From contig CAIIXF020000001.1 of assembly GCA_903813345.2 (NCBI GenBank), forward strand, positions 49,662,001-49,726,000: a stretch of 64,000 bases of DNA, in the 5' to 3' direction. Within the stretch, counting starts at the first letter, position 1, and the number at the start of each line of letters is the position of its first letter. The position numbers and the translations under genes were made by a program. Source of the DNA: Owenia fusiformis. Lineage: Eukaryota. Positions 37,239 to 51,263 of this stretch are shown here, piece after piece. Below the pieces are notes generated by a model. It saw only the letters and a list, made by a program, of their open reading frames with translations, searched no databases and was not told the origin of the DNA.

Positions 37239-40200
37239 ACCCATATTTGCCAATTTAAAATAACTCCGCCTTGTTGATTAACCTGACAAAAAAAAGTAAA
37301 CTAGCTCATCTAAAAAATAATGATGATTTAGATGTGTTTATTAAAGAACCTGAGCCACACATGTATGTTTGACATCTGAAATATAACAGACTGAATATCA
37401 ATATCAGGAAAATGTAAACCAAATGAGATACTGGAAATTTGAAATCATTGTATTTCATGATATCACACATAAAAGCTAGCTTAAATGACTTATCAGCTTA
37501 CAACTTGAGTTTCACACACAAAGAATTGTATTTATTTTCTCTGAATGGGTTTGATTACCCTTACTTTACTTATGTAATTCTGCACAGAAAGTACCAGCGG
37601 AGATTTCTACAATCAATAGAGCAAATTCTGAAAGTCTATTAGATATAACTCACATATGATTGATATGCTACTGTGTTGTAAGATTACTGTGTATGGAGTC
37701 ATTTAGGGCTAAATTACTGTTTATGATGTTTGAAATGAGAAAAGTGAGGTATAGCTTCAATAATGATAGTGCATATATACATATGTTTTCTTTAATTAAC
37801 CTAAAGTGTTTTATTCATATAAGGGAAATATAAGGAATGAAAATGCAGTCTCAGAATTATACCTAAATAGATTATAGTTCATAATTTTGATTTAACCTAT
37901 GATGGAATGTTTTTAGGAATGGTTGTATACTTGGTTTGAGTCCTTCTGAATGTATAAATTAAAACTTGAACATATCTGCTATTGAAAGATGTCACTACTG
38001 CATGTTCCATATACTATCATCTTATAAGAATTAGGATGCATTTATAGAGCGTTGAAAATCTAAATCTTGCATCAATCTTAAATGCATCCTCAACCAGACT
38101 GACCTATGTAACTCTACTACTTTTAAGTAAAGAAATAGATAATGGAGGGGAGGGGTTGTCGAGACTTGAGACTGTTAGTTCAGCTAAAATGTAACTGATA
38201 CGGAGCCTGAGATTAATCTGTTTGAAATACTATTTTCAATTAAAGAAATGTATAATCTACTTGTATGATTGAGTCCATATTACATACATGTATTGCGTCA
38301 AAATCATCATGTATACATCTTGTGTAATTTTTTGATTTCTCAAAAACTATTATTTGGTAAAATGGTGAAAACCAAGCATATGCCAATGTCACATTTAAGC
38401 TGTATGTTTTTATTTTTATATTGTGATGGTTTGTTTTCTGATTCATTCACTAAACTCCAACTGACGTTGGAATAAGTACATGATTTAACTGGCGAGAATC
38501 ATTTTCTGATGCGGTCACTGTGATATGCACTGAATATCATCCAATCTGGCAAGAAATAAATTAAGTAGGAAGAAATGTGAGGCCAAAGTAATCATTGTCA
38601 AAGAATACCTATAACTTGGCCATATAAGCTGACAGTGTGAAGTTTATGCAACGGTTATGAGATCAATGAAACAAGCTTCCGTTTCATCAAGAGTTCTAAT
38701 AAATCACGCTGCGTTTCTGCTAGATGTACTTTCGCTTTTATTGCATTACTTGAGACAACAATGACAGCATCGCAGGTCATTGGTACGCTATGTTTCACTT
38801 TTCACGAATCGTTTTTACATCATCACCAAGAAATTGTAACATTTTGTTACAGCTATAGGTGTTTGTAACCGGTGTTTGGTGGGCAGCATCTGTAACAAAT
38901 TGTTACACAAGTTTTTCAATTTCTTTACTAGATATTTACTTCATCGAATTCCATTACTTATCCACATACGCTCTCTATACACATTTATTTACCATTCATT
39001 TCTTTATTTTTCAAAGCATAACTTTCTTAGATATGATCATTTTGAGTAATGACTATTCGGTTTATGATATGACAGCTGAGCTAATAGAACAAGCATCTGA
39101 CTTTGAAGTAATAACGAAGCAATTTTGAGTCATCTGATTTCTGAATATTTATATATGTATTAACCATGCTTGAAATTAATGATTGGTTATTTGTCAGTTT
39201 GGATTAAATTACCATCGGTAAATAGATAAAATATCTGATTTGCTTCACATATCATTTGATTGCTTCTGCTGTCGATGTATAAATCAATCCTAATAAATGA
39301 GTATTTAACACACCAAGAGTGAGGTCTTCTGAAGGTAGGGGTCCAGACAACATCCACAGTAAAAGGAACGGAATGTATAATGTCTGGATTTTCAATATTG
39401 AGGTAAATTTTAAAAAGCATCTGAGAGTTGTCTTACCTTTGTAATAGTAAAGTTCAAACTGATTTATTGTTGGTTTGATAATAGAGGACATAAGTTTGTA
39501 ATTGAAAAGCTAATAAAAGTAAAGCATTGCGGGAATAAGTCACGACAAAACTTATAATCCTGAGTGTTTTACATTGATAAAGCAAACTGCAGTTTAGATC
39601 AATTTTATTGATATTAAAAACCAATAGCATTACAGTGCAAAACAAAGATGAAATTTCTAAGATGTCATGTCTGTGATAAGCTTGAAATTGATGATTTCCC
39701 GCATTATCTACGCATTCATAGCTTGCCTCGACATTATTGAATCAATTCTTAACAGCAGATTATTTAAAAGTGGATCGAGTGAGCCTGGAAATCAGCGTCA
39801 ATTGGCAGTAAGTAGCTGCCATTGAAATGACAAGTAATATTTGATCAATTAATATCACTGAAGTTTGCCTGATACAGCAAACACTCTTAAGAGACCTTTA
39901 GAAAATGGCACTGATGAGGCTGTTTAAATCTCTGCACAATAATAAGAAATTAAAATAGGTTTTTAGTGACTATAACCTTGTGATAAGATAATATGTTGCT
40001 AAAAGTTACAAAATATGATAGGTCAGAATTTTGGGGATTTCACCAAAGGTGCTAGCTGCGATTCTGCCAAAATATTTTTAGCTCGACTTGATGAGGTCAT
40101 TGCGATTTAACAGTCTTGTAATTGACTATTTCTCAATTCGCAAGATTCAACCGTCTTCTGGTGCACTGCAAACCAATGTGTTATTGATGTGTATTCAAGT

Positions 40201-42068
40201 TTATGGAGGTTAATATACTGTTGAAAGCATATTCCAGGATGCGTAATATAAAACCATACTTCCTATACTGCTCAAATTAACGCAAGTTATTGATTTGTTA
40301 TTGAATAAAATGGTCCACATGCCATTCATTGACCCAGCACCCTGCATCAGATTTATCTATACTGTCAGTTTGACTATGTATTTATGGATATTGGATATCT
40401 GAGGCCACTTTTTGTTATGTATTATACATGAGTATGAGGTTCCGTGTGGATGTGATTAACGCATGGATCGGTTAAACACCAGCTGTGGAATCGGAATTGT
40501 TTTTCCAAACACGCTCAATTTTAATAGATAGACAGATATAAGGAAGGCATATTGTCCGTGAGGATCACCATTACGTAATGGGCATATTTGAAAAATAGCA
40601 GATTAAGAAAGATATTCAGACAATTTAACACGTTGAACTCACTGTAAATTCTACAGTTTTAATTGATACTCTGAAAAACTGAACGAATTCCTTGAGCCCT
40701 AGAGGAAACCAGTTGGAAACTTGAAAGTTCACATTTTTGAGGTAACACCAACCACACATCTAACTGATCAATTAGGATGTTTTTGCTACTGTGTGAAGTA
40801 TATATAGTTTGCTGGAGTGTATCTGACATTAGAGAGTAGAAGCTCAAACTGGAGGTATTTACAGGGGTTGAGGTTTGTGATTCACAGTGCTGCTGCAGTA
40901 GTAGGCTTCAGAAAGAACAGAAAAGAGAATCTGAAAACCAGGGAATGGAGTTACTCAATTTGCTATACCAGACCCCAAGTTATATCTGGAGTAATTACAG
41001 GACTATGGCTTGCCTTATACCCTGAGCTGTAACTTCCCTTTAACAAGGACTGGCTTAGTTTGATACTCAATGAATCAGAGAGCACATCTGTGCTTATTAA
41101 TACACACTTACCTGTAGCAAGAACCATCTTCAGGGGACGAGAGGTGTTTTTCGATAAAATTAGAGTACGAGAAGTCGGTTACTCTTGCAAAGGATACTTT
41201 CTATGATGGATTTACTGTTTATTCTTAGAAAAAATGCATCCCAGAAAGTGTTACATAATGGTTGAATATGCTGATTCTGCAACAAGTGAGACTAACGAAG
41301 CAGACTGCTGCTTAGCAACATTGGAATAACTGAATTTTACATTTATTGACTACGCCAGAAAAGAAACAATTAACACTTTTACATTTTCAACAGAACCTCT
41401 GTTTTTTAAAAGATTGAAGCAAATAACAATTTTACAGAGGAAATTGCTCGCTAAAGAAAATATATTGATGCATAAATGGTATTAAAAGAAATAAAATCAA
41501 GAGACACAAAGAGGTCTTCATTTTCGTTGAAGGACGAGAACAGCGAAGACACAAAGAAAAAGTATAATTTGGATAAACTTTGAAAATTGTAGGAATTTAA
41601 TGAAAGAAAATCATGTAGGATATGATCAGCTGTTTACAGATATGTGATCAGTATATATATCTTTTATTGACTTTTTAGATGTCATGTACTGTACTTTCGT
41701 GCTCACTACTCTGTCTTTAATAGCTACACCATGAAAAACAGAGTCATTTGGTCATAGATGATGAGGAAGAATACATGTACATTAATTAATAGATAACTTA
41801 CCATGAAGAAGCCAATAAAATATTGTGACAATATGAGATAATACAGTAATCTGTTGAGACTTATGTTTCTATGGCTTGTTTGGATCAATGGAGTCCTTAA
41901 GATAAATCTGCTGTATACGCAGTACTGCAATATTCTTGGGTACTTTCGTATTTCAATAAGTATATCTATGGAAGAAAGGAAATAAAGCTATAGAAAAAAC
42001 TCGCATATAATGATGATGTCTCTGCTCGATCCAAATGTAGGTATTTTTAGCAATTCTTATAAAGATAA

Positions 42069-42237
42069 CAGGCCTGTAGTCAGGATTTGCCAAGGGGGGT
42101 TCAGTTTTCAAAAATTTCAAGGAGGGGTTCACATTTGACAATTTTGGCCCAAATGTCGCTACAATCACTTGAGAAGTGCTCAAAATAGTGAAAAACTGGA
42201 TGATTTTGAAAGAATTTTTGGCCTGGCTACGGGCCTG
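42069..42237 (+). mobile_element. MITE family B, TSD GATAA
   Basis: CAGGCCTGTAG ... CTACGGGCCTG flanked by GATAA. Confidence 0.85.
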
Positions 42238-43443
42238 GATAAAATACTGTAACTAATTATTTTCATCAAATATGAATTTTGAATCATCCAAACAAGGCAC
42301 CAAGAATTTAATTAAGATCAGGTGTTTATCAAAAACAAATTAATAATGAATAACTGTATTTTATTAATTAATATTGTCTCTTGCTTTTAACAATACTCTC
42401 CCCCTCTTTTACTTCACTTTTTGGAAGATGAGGAAGTAAGGTATGTAAATATGGGGAGGGGGGGGGGTCACAAGGACCTCATACAAGGCTACAATAAACT
42501 GGATTACCTTACTTTCTGCAATATCTTATATGTAACCTCTGGTTCCCTTCAGTTTTAATTTCTTCAAAACGATTTATGTTATTCAATTATCACATGCCTT
42601 TTAACCGCAAATCTTTTCACTTCTACACTTTCACTAACAAACCCTTTTCAATAGTATAGATTGATTTCAGATCTTAAAAGAGAGCTTCATCTGGTAGTAA
42701 TTATAACTTCATAGCTCTGGGTAGGGGGACATTCATGAATAATAGTGTTTTGTGTGGTTTTCTTACAATATAAATAAGCTTAACTTATTATTTGGTGAAC
42801 TGACAAGCTCAGCTTATTAAACTGACTTTTTCACAACATCGGTTGTAATCAGGCGTTGCGTAAACTTATTTCCCCATCTTGGCTAATATTTAAGAAAAAT
42901 CTATATTATTGGTCATCACATTTTGTCCCGTTCTTCCGAAGATTCAGATGCAACGGGTTGTAAGTAACAGGCTTAATTCCCCAAAGGATCTTTAGATTGA
43001 TGCTCACTATCCAGCCTAACTCTATTATAAGCCTCCAAAGCGTCAGCATTTATCTAATCTGTAGAAAATGTCAACACAACTTCCTTCCATTTACAGTGTA
43101 CTTACATTGAAATAATTGAAAGTAAGAATGTTATTTTTCGTTATATTATTAAAGCAGATGCAAAGTTATCTCAAATTATGTGAACAAAAGAATTCTGGAA
43201 ACACCGTACTTCATATTTTATCCAGGAGGGGAGAGGTTACCCATGGTCTCGATGTTAGACTATCTAAGCATATATTGTGCAGTTGTGGAAAGGAAAGAGG
43301 CAGAAATGAACATCTCCGTTCATGATTGGGTCGGTATTTGAGCCTGATGCTTTGATGCCCTGGATATTGCCAATTAGTAAGAAAAAACAAAATCAATGGC
43401 GACTAATATCTTTACATGTCCCATATATATTTCTTGGTAATGC

Positions 43444-43473
43444 TATGGGCTTTCAATAATGGGAAAGCCCATG
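43444..43473. mobile_element. 30-bp palindromic transposon remnant with 7-bp TSD GTAATGC
   Basis: TATGGGCTTTCAATAATGGGAAAGCCCATG flanked by direct repeats. Confidence 0.8.
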
Positions 43474-45330
43474 GTAATGCAAATGATTTAAATATGATGT
43501 AAATGTGAAGTGGAGACCATTTCCCTTATTTTCTTTTTCATTTTTTTTATCTTTGCTCGTGTTTAGCCACAACCATGTTAATAAGGTAATAAGTAAATAC
43601 CATGCTTTGCCATAACTGTCTGTACATATATCCGCTCTCATATTTCAACCTAATTTCTGCCAAGGATCAAGAAAGAATCATTCAGTCTCTGTTACCTTCG
43701 TTAAAAGTTGAATCACCTAGATTATGGTATTGGTAATCTGTGTATTATATCTTAGTTTTTCAGTCTAGTTTTATACATTAATGATCTATCCATCATGGGT
43801 TAATGGAAATCAAATGTTTAACGCCATGAATGAGTCTACCCTCATATGATGCTTTCAATTGTAACATTGTGGAGAAAATAGAATATGGAATATGAATAAG
43901 CCTGAGCCTAGAGGCTAATTAAAAGAAGCTCTCTGTCAGAGATAACACAGTCAAACAAATGCAAAAGGTAGAAGATACACTATTCAACAAAATGCCTTTA
44001 ATTCAGTTAAGTAACTCAAAGTGAAAATATGTGTAGAATATCTGAATAAGCATAAAGGGTAAGTTATCAGGCAGACTATGAACATGTTCTTGAATAGTAA
44101 CTTGCATTGTTCTCCTGAAGAAATCAATATTATTATAGAAAACGTAGAAGTACCGATGACGGCAAAACACAAAACAAATCTCTAATTCTTTTCTGTCTCA
44201 TAACTTAAGAGTGCCCATGAGTAGATAGCGCTGCCACCATCAAATCAAACTTAATCAAAAGAGTAATTAAAGCTAAAACCTAGAATGCATCTCACACGGA
44301 TCAAATAAGCTGTCATTGTTAGTTTTGTATTAAAGTAAGAAGAGAAACTTATATGATTAAATGAGTAAGCCTTTGCAAACTAAAGGGGGCAATTATGCTA
44401 TTTGAGCCCAGGCCCTACCTAAGTTAAATCCATGTGATTTTTAAGTTTATGCAATGAGATTAATATTCCACAGAAAATTAAGTAGAAATATATGAAATTC
44501 AGATTTTGAAGAGGGACAGTAAAGCAAAATTAAATGATTCAAAGTGACCATTGGTTAGGTACTCTTTGCCAGGACTCAACTTCATTGTCATATAATCATG
44601 CGATTGTTTAAATAATACTTCTGGGTTGGCAACCCATACTTGAATTTTGACCTTGTAAGGGTCCCGCCATATTAGAACTAAAAGTGAATGTGTGAATCCA
44701 GATTCCAGAATCTCTTGTCTTTTTTGATACTAGAAAGGGGTGTTAGTTGTTATCAATATCAAAATTATGAAACAAATTGTAGATGTCAGAGAATATTGTG
44801 TTTGACTGATGGGGAGTCCAGGGTAATCTATGGAATGTAATAATGTCCAGCTGAGACTAATTAATTAACCTTTTCAACAAGTAGCCTGTTCAATACAATA
44901 ATCAATGATCTATTCAGTTGAATGATAGATGAGGCTGGATTCATATACATGTACTATGAGAGTCATGTTACTGCAAAACAGAGCTTTCTGGAATAGATTG
45001 TGAACATGCATTTAGTGAATATAACGAGAAACATCAGAATAACAGGAACTTTCAGTTCAGATTTTATTGAGAAATTAAGTAGAGTACATGTGAGTTTGAT
45101 AAGTGTGGTATTTTAGAGAGGAAAATAAAATGTAAGTACAAAATATCAAATGTCAAATCAGATTGGAAATTGTGGTGCTGTCTTCTACTATTAAGATGCC
45201 TATAGAATTTTTAGAGTTCCTGTGTGTCTGCCGTCTGTGTATGTCTATCTTCGGGTCATCTCAACATCTTCTCTTTTCTACAATGGTCTTATAGAAGGCC
45301 TCTGCACTCCAAATCATTTTCTCTCAGTAC

Positions 45331-45470
45331 TGCCTTGGTCACATTTGCTCCGATCCATTGGCCGGCGCCTGCCCGATTGAGTGTTTTGTACAATATTGTA
45401 TTCAATTTTGAACAAAATACTCAATTGGCCAGATGCTGTAGAGAAAATTGAAGCAAATGTGACCAAGGCA
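45331..45470. mobile_element. Shorter copy of the 13065 MITE family
   Basis: TGCCTTGGTCACATTTGCT ... AGCAAATGTGACCAAGGCA TIRs; foldback interior. Confidence 0.7.
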
Positions 45471-46010
45471 TTAGTTTCATCTTGACTCATCCACCATACC
45501 ATACTTAGAATATATCTTGAATTTTTAAGGTACATGTATAAAAATCAAGATTGGAATAAGCATGTGCTTTCAATTGGATCCCCATGGAATAAGCAAACAT
45601 GCTTGGATCAGGAGTTTCACACTAGCCGAAGGTAGTGACTGCCTGTTGCTTGGCCCAAAATGCCATTTGTTTTCAGGATTAGGTCATGACTTTAAATGTA
45701 GATTTGACAAGATTCATTTCTCCCTCTTGTCGAAAATCCTGTTGAAATCTCCATATTATACATTAGTACATATATGTACAGTTCATACTGTGTAAAGATA
45801 ACTTTTTCCGAATCATATTATCTTTCACCATCCTAATTTTCAGAGCTATTTTACGGTGTATGTTGCAGCAAAAACCTCATTTTAAATGGTTTCATATATG
45901 CTTTATAGAAAAACCTGCTGTTGAATGAAAGATGCTAATTCTGCTAAAAAAAAACATGTATCTTTATTTTAATTTTATCAATCCAGTAACCTACATGGGG
46001 GAAAATGTAG

Positions 46011-46216
46011 TCTCCTGAATGAGAGACAAGCCTCCCAAAGGAGAAGAAAGCCTCCTGAAGGAGAAGAAAGCCTCCTGAAGGAGAAGAAAGCCTCCTGAAG
46101 GAGAAGACAGCCTCCTGAAGGAGAAGAAAGCCTCCTGGAGGAGACCAAAGCTTTCTGAAGGAGTTAAAAGCCTCCTGGAGGAGACCAAAGCTTTCTCAAG
46201 GAGTTAAAAGCCTCTT
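46011..46216. repeat. 20-bp purine-rich minisatellite, about 10 copies (CCTCCTGAAGGAGAAGAAAG)
   Basis: Exact 20-nt period visible. Confidence 0.92.
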
Positions 46217-46299
46217 CAGTAATATAATTTAGCCTATATTACTGATAATATCTGCAATTATGTCACATTGACTTATCTCTGTTGTTTGTGTATTTTCAG

Positions 46300-46328
46300 A
46301 AAGAGATCAGCTTCTCAAGAAGGGGAAG
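46300..46328 (+). CDS. MAST: 29-nt MAST microexon KEISFSRRG(S)
   Basis: TTTTCAG acceptor and AAG|GTAGGA donor. It bridges phase 0 (9704) to phase 2 (52305) and matches vertebrate MAST2 KELSLPRRGS as recalled. Confidence 0.85.
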
Positions 46329-46498
46329 GTAGGATTTTAAACTCATTACAGTATATAATTTATAGAAATAAAAAAAAGAAAACTTATAAGTATTTGGGAT
46401 CAGGTCGATAACTTGATGGTGCTTCAAACATTTCCGGATTTCCGGTTAATTAATATAATTTCAATTTCTTCCCTTTGAAAATCAATGTATAACAAAAC

Positions 46499-46532
46499 TA
46501 TGGGCTTTCAATTTTCTAGTTGAAAGTCCATG
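46499..46532. mobile_element. 34-bp palindromic transposon remnant with 7-bp TSD ACAAAAC
   Basis: TATGGGCTTTCAATTTTCTAGTTGAAAGTCCATG flanked by direct repeats. Confidence 0.8.
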
Positions 46533-49500
46533 ACAAAACATAACAATAGACTGTTACCCGTTTTCATCAAATATAATTACATTTGTACTTTCATTTGTGG
46601 GCGTGTATCAATATATTGACCTTGTCCCATAGCATGATATTTAATTTAGAGTAAAAATGTTTTCAATTATATTTTATATCCAGCATCTTGTGTGGGCTAC
46701 ACACCAATTAAGGAATCATGAATTAATCATTTTATGACGAATTAATAATGATTAATCGGCCCTTATAATAGCACCTATTTTCAAAGATTTTTTTCAAATG
46801 ATTTTAAGAACTTAATATATACTTTTTTATAGAAAAACTTTCAAACTAAGCTCGTCTGAGCTGAATTGATCTGAATTAATTAATCAGTTACGTGTATGTA
46901 ATTGAATAATTTATCATTATGCAAATTTAGTCTATGACTATATGTGTATTTGTGTAAAGGTTCCGTTGCACGCTAGATCTGATACTACCTTTAAGGTATA
47001 TGTATACAGGTTTTCCAAAAGTATGTACTTTTTCCAGTATTGCTCTTTTGAAACTGAATATTCTAAATATAGTTTTTCATAATATAAAAAGAGAGCTTTA
47101 ATATAAAGGTATGGTCATTTTTGGTCACCCTGTATTTTCAATAATTCTTAATTAATGATCTTGCAATTTGGATAAGCCTAATTCGATTGGTGTTTTCAGC
47201 TTTTGCCCAGGCATGAACTTGAAAATTGAAAATCTGAATTCAAATTGTATTATACAAACCTCAAAAATTATAATTCCAGAAAAAATTATTTTGTTTAGTA
47301 AATGATAGAAGTCCTTAAGGGGATGTTTACCCATTTGGGTTCACAAAGGTTATTCAAGGCCAGACAAGGTGCATGGTATACAATAGTCTTCCATGTGAAT
47401 GAATAATTGACTACCTCCCTAATGAATAAGACATGGGTGCATTAGTGAACAAGATGTTACTCTCTCAAAGAACCCATTACTCATTTTCATACATAAGTGA
47501 ATCTTTACATATATTGGAATTCATTTAAAGAAGACAGTTCTTGTAAACATTATTCATTCTTAAAATGTATTTTGTAATGATCTACTGAAAGGTAAATAAA
47601 AGTTGACAAATTACATCAACCGTAACAGACCCCAGGTGCTGTATTTAGGTAAAAGTAGTTATATGTACATATACATGTTAAGTAATTAGTCATAAACGAG
47701 AACACCCACTTTGGTTGGTTGGGAAAAATCACAGGAAATTACTAATCATTCAATTAGCCAGATTCTGTTGTGAAACATATTCGATTGGATTGTATGTGTT
47801 ATTTTTGTTAAGTAAACAGAGTTCATAATTTTTTCATTTTAATAATCATTAAGACTTTGATGGATTTCTTTGATGGATTATAGGATTTCCCCTTTGGGAC
47901 AATTTATCTTCCCATTAATTTGGATAAAATAACATGTAGCTACAAAGGCTGGAATAGAGAGTTTGAAATCGATAGAAAACATGTGGAATGTTATACAGAG
48001 CACACAATGTACAAAAACGGATAAATTGGAAAGCAACATAATTATATATGAATGCAACTCTCTGATAGCAGATGTTTTGCGGCCATCTGATACAAAATAA
48101 CCTCTGAATTTAGCCAGGATTATTTTACTTAACAAGGGCACACGACAGTTGGTTGACACTAAATGTTAATTGATTTTTGATTCGTAAAGCTATTTTCCAT
48201 TCATACATACAGGATTTATAGCAAGCTTTGAACAGCAAACATTTGTGATGTTTGTTTGGTTGATTTATGTATAAATTACCGATCAATGGATTTTCGTAAA
48301 AAGTGTGGAGGAATTTGACTTACTATCAAAAGATTTGTAAAAATATGAAAGAAATGAAAGAAATGATACCTATGAGCAATAGCACGCTTATTATGACGTA
48401 CATTCCAAATTTAGCTTGACACAAAATACCAGATGTGACAAAGACAGCCATGTGTTCAATGTACGAACTGATAGAAATTAGAAAATAGAAAGAAATTAAC
48501 AAAAGGAATTTGATTTTTGAATTAGTAAGATTCCGTAAAACATTAAGAAAAAATCAACACAGAAATTGTAAATTGAAAATTGTTATTGTTTATTTATTCC
48601 ATGTAAAATATGAAATTACTAGTACTTATATTGAATTATAAGGAAAATTATGATATGTGCGGATTATATCGATACCGTGACATATGATTCTGCGGAGGAA
48701 GACAAATCAGTAACTGATGATGTCATAACTTACATCATCTCTGCAGACACTAATATTGATAAATTAAACAATCCTAGAATTCAGACTCTTATTGATATGT
48801 GCTCATGTTAAAGTTAAACATGAATCAAGATGGCAAACATTGAGACAATATACAAGAAATCAAAGATCATACAAGTCTATGTGTAATATAATGCAAGGTG
48901 TGCTAGCACAGAACATGTACAAATATCAACTGCACACATATTATAGTAACTTGAAGGATATATACAGTAATACAGTCAATCAAGAACAGTCATAACATTA
49001 GGATTAACGAGAGGGAAATAAATATTGAGCTGATTTGGAAAATAGATTGTAGTGAATGCCAGACGCTAATCTTGCCAGGAAATAACAGCTTGTGGAAAGT
49101 TTGGTAGATACAGCTTAATAATACAGAACTATTACATGTATTACATTTACATGTAAATGTATGTCATGTACATTTTCACTTTAATAGGATATTACTGTAC
49201 GAAAGTAATTACATATATAGGAAAGCTGCTGTAACTGATGGTATGCCATCATATATACATGTACCTGTAACGAAACACTGTAATTAGAAGGAAAGGTACG
49301 TACATGTACATGGAGATAGCAAAGATACCCTGATGCTAATTGTATTATGATGTGAAGCTCTTGTGAAAAGAGTAAGTAAGAGAGATAATGAAATCAACAT
49401 ATCAAAACATGGATGGACAAAATACATGAAAATCTAGGATTAAAAACTCTATTTTTTATTATGGATAAATGAGGACTACATTGTTACGATTGAGGGTGGA

Positions 49501-50564
49501 TGGATTAAACACTGTTCGTTCCCATTGTTGGTTCCCATACGTAAATGAGTGTGAATCACTCTCAGCGTTGGTGTTAAACATTTAACAATGTATAATTGAA
49601 ATCCAGAACAAGAAATACATGCACCTAAAGCAATAGACATTCACTTGGACAAACATACTCCTTCATTGTACAACCTCAGGGTTCAATATCAATACATTTT
49701 CATGTTAGTACCTATTGTACTGCACAAACTATTGGAGGTATTCAACATTTGAGAAAGTACATTATATGTACCTTTATATATTTGATAGAGACTTGTTCCA
49801 GAGTAGAGACATTCTTCAACATGACATTCATGTCCATGGCTTTATTCATGATCATGATATAATGGGCATGTCAAAAATAACCATCATCAATATAAGATGA
49901 ACCCTTTCTCATGTTCTCGTTAAGGGACCACCCAGAATAATAATTAGCCTTTCGTCTGATATAACTCATTGGTTGGAAAACACAAAATCGGAAACATACA
50001 ATTTAAGGATATTGGATCAGATATAAGGTTTGGTATATATAATGATGGGAAGATCTTTCATGGATGACATCAACAGAAAAAAGAGAAGGGCTACCCTGAT
50101 CCAAAGGGTAATTGTAATGAATACCCTCTGATTAGGATCAGACTGATGAAAATAGTAAAGGACAACAGGACATTGTTGAAAATACATGTATCATTTGGAA
50201 CGTTTGAAAAATCTTGAGATAACAAGTTAGTTGAGAAGTTTTTGAAATAACTTGTAATATTTGGATTAAAACTCAGATCACATTATAGTTTGTGATTTGT
50301 GTAGTCTAATGGAACTGTCCTGATAGACACATAGATAAACCGCACACTGTAAGGGCATCAATGAAACTGATGGGATGATGACGTACCTGACATTCATGTT
50401 TTAGAATCTCAACAAAACCATAAAAGCATCGGTTGTTATTCACTATCGAAATGAATCCTTATATTTCTTAAATAAGGAACGATAATCAGAATTATTCAAA
50501 AGACGTCATGAGGCAAACAGCAAAGTGATTATATAAAATAACAACTCACTTGAAGAAAACAGAG

Positions 50565-50737
50565 ATGTCGGAATTAAAAAGCCCATCTCCAAAGCTACCA
50601 TTAAGGACTCGTCCTAGGTTACGGAAGACATTCAGTGTGGACCAGCGCAGGAGTCCTACACCTGAGAGAAGGTACAATGCCATGCAACGGAGACTGAGTC
50701 TCAGCTTCACAGAGGGAGATTTTAAACTCCAGTATAG
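50565..50737 (+). CDS. MAST: Alternative first coding exon of MAST (MSELKSPSPKLPLRTRPRLRKTFSVDQRRSPTPERR...LQY)
   Basis: ATG with an upstream in-frame TGA; Ser/Arg/Pro-rich ORF; TAG|GTAATA donor in phase 2, matching the acceptor at 52305. Confidence 0.7.
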
Positions 50738-50829
50738 GTAATAATATATGAATACAACCCTTCAAATTGGAACTTAGTAAAGATATAACAAAAAGGGGTG
50801 TTGCATTATAAAAGTTTTGACAGAATCGT

Positions 50830-50971
50830 ACACAATCCTGAAAGTTAACATATTATTACAGTCCCCACCTTTTTATTAGTGAATGGTGTTTGGCAGTTGG
50901 TATTCAGTGGTCAGTGTTCGGTGTCTGTAACAAAAGGCAGGTGGAGACATTTTGCTTGTCAGTGCCTTGTT
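50830..50971 (+). mobile_element. Short HINE-like element, copy 2 (5'-degenerate)
   Basis: Shares ACATATTATTACAGTC...GTCTGTAACAAA..AGGTGG.GACATTTTG with the other copies. Confidence 0.55.
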
Positions 50972-51263
50972 AAGATTTACAGTGAAACCAAGTTCCTTTA
51001 GCAATTTGAGTGAGGCAAAATAAGGAAGGAGCAGATTTGAATGAGGTACTTTACCTCAGTTTAAAAAACCAAATGGGAACATAAGAAACAAGGGGAATAT
51101 GACATGCAAATATTTCATCCATTAATATGAGGCATTATAAGATAAGAAGGGTAAGGCTTGTATTGTAATTTGGTAAACAATATAAAAATCCCGGCAATGA
51201 GGACTATTTTAAATTTGTGAGGGAATATTACAAGAAACAAGGTTAGGGCAATATAGACTGTAA

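Noticed and set aside
45991..46216. Coding KPPEGEE-type repeat exon
   Set aside because: The period is 20 nt, not a multiple of 3, so + strand frames run into stops.
48650..48811. 53-aa acidic ORF (MICADYIDTVTYDSAEEDKS...)
   Set aside because: Looks mildly coding-like, but has no convincing donor and no recognisable homology; at most a uORF.
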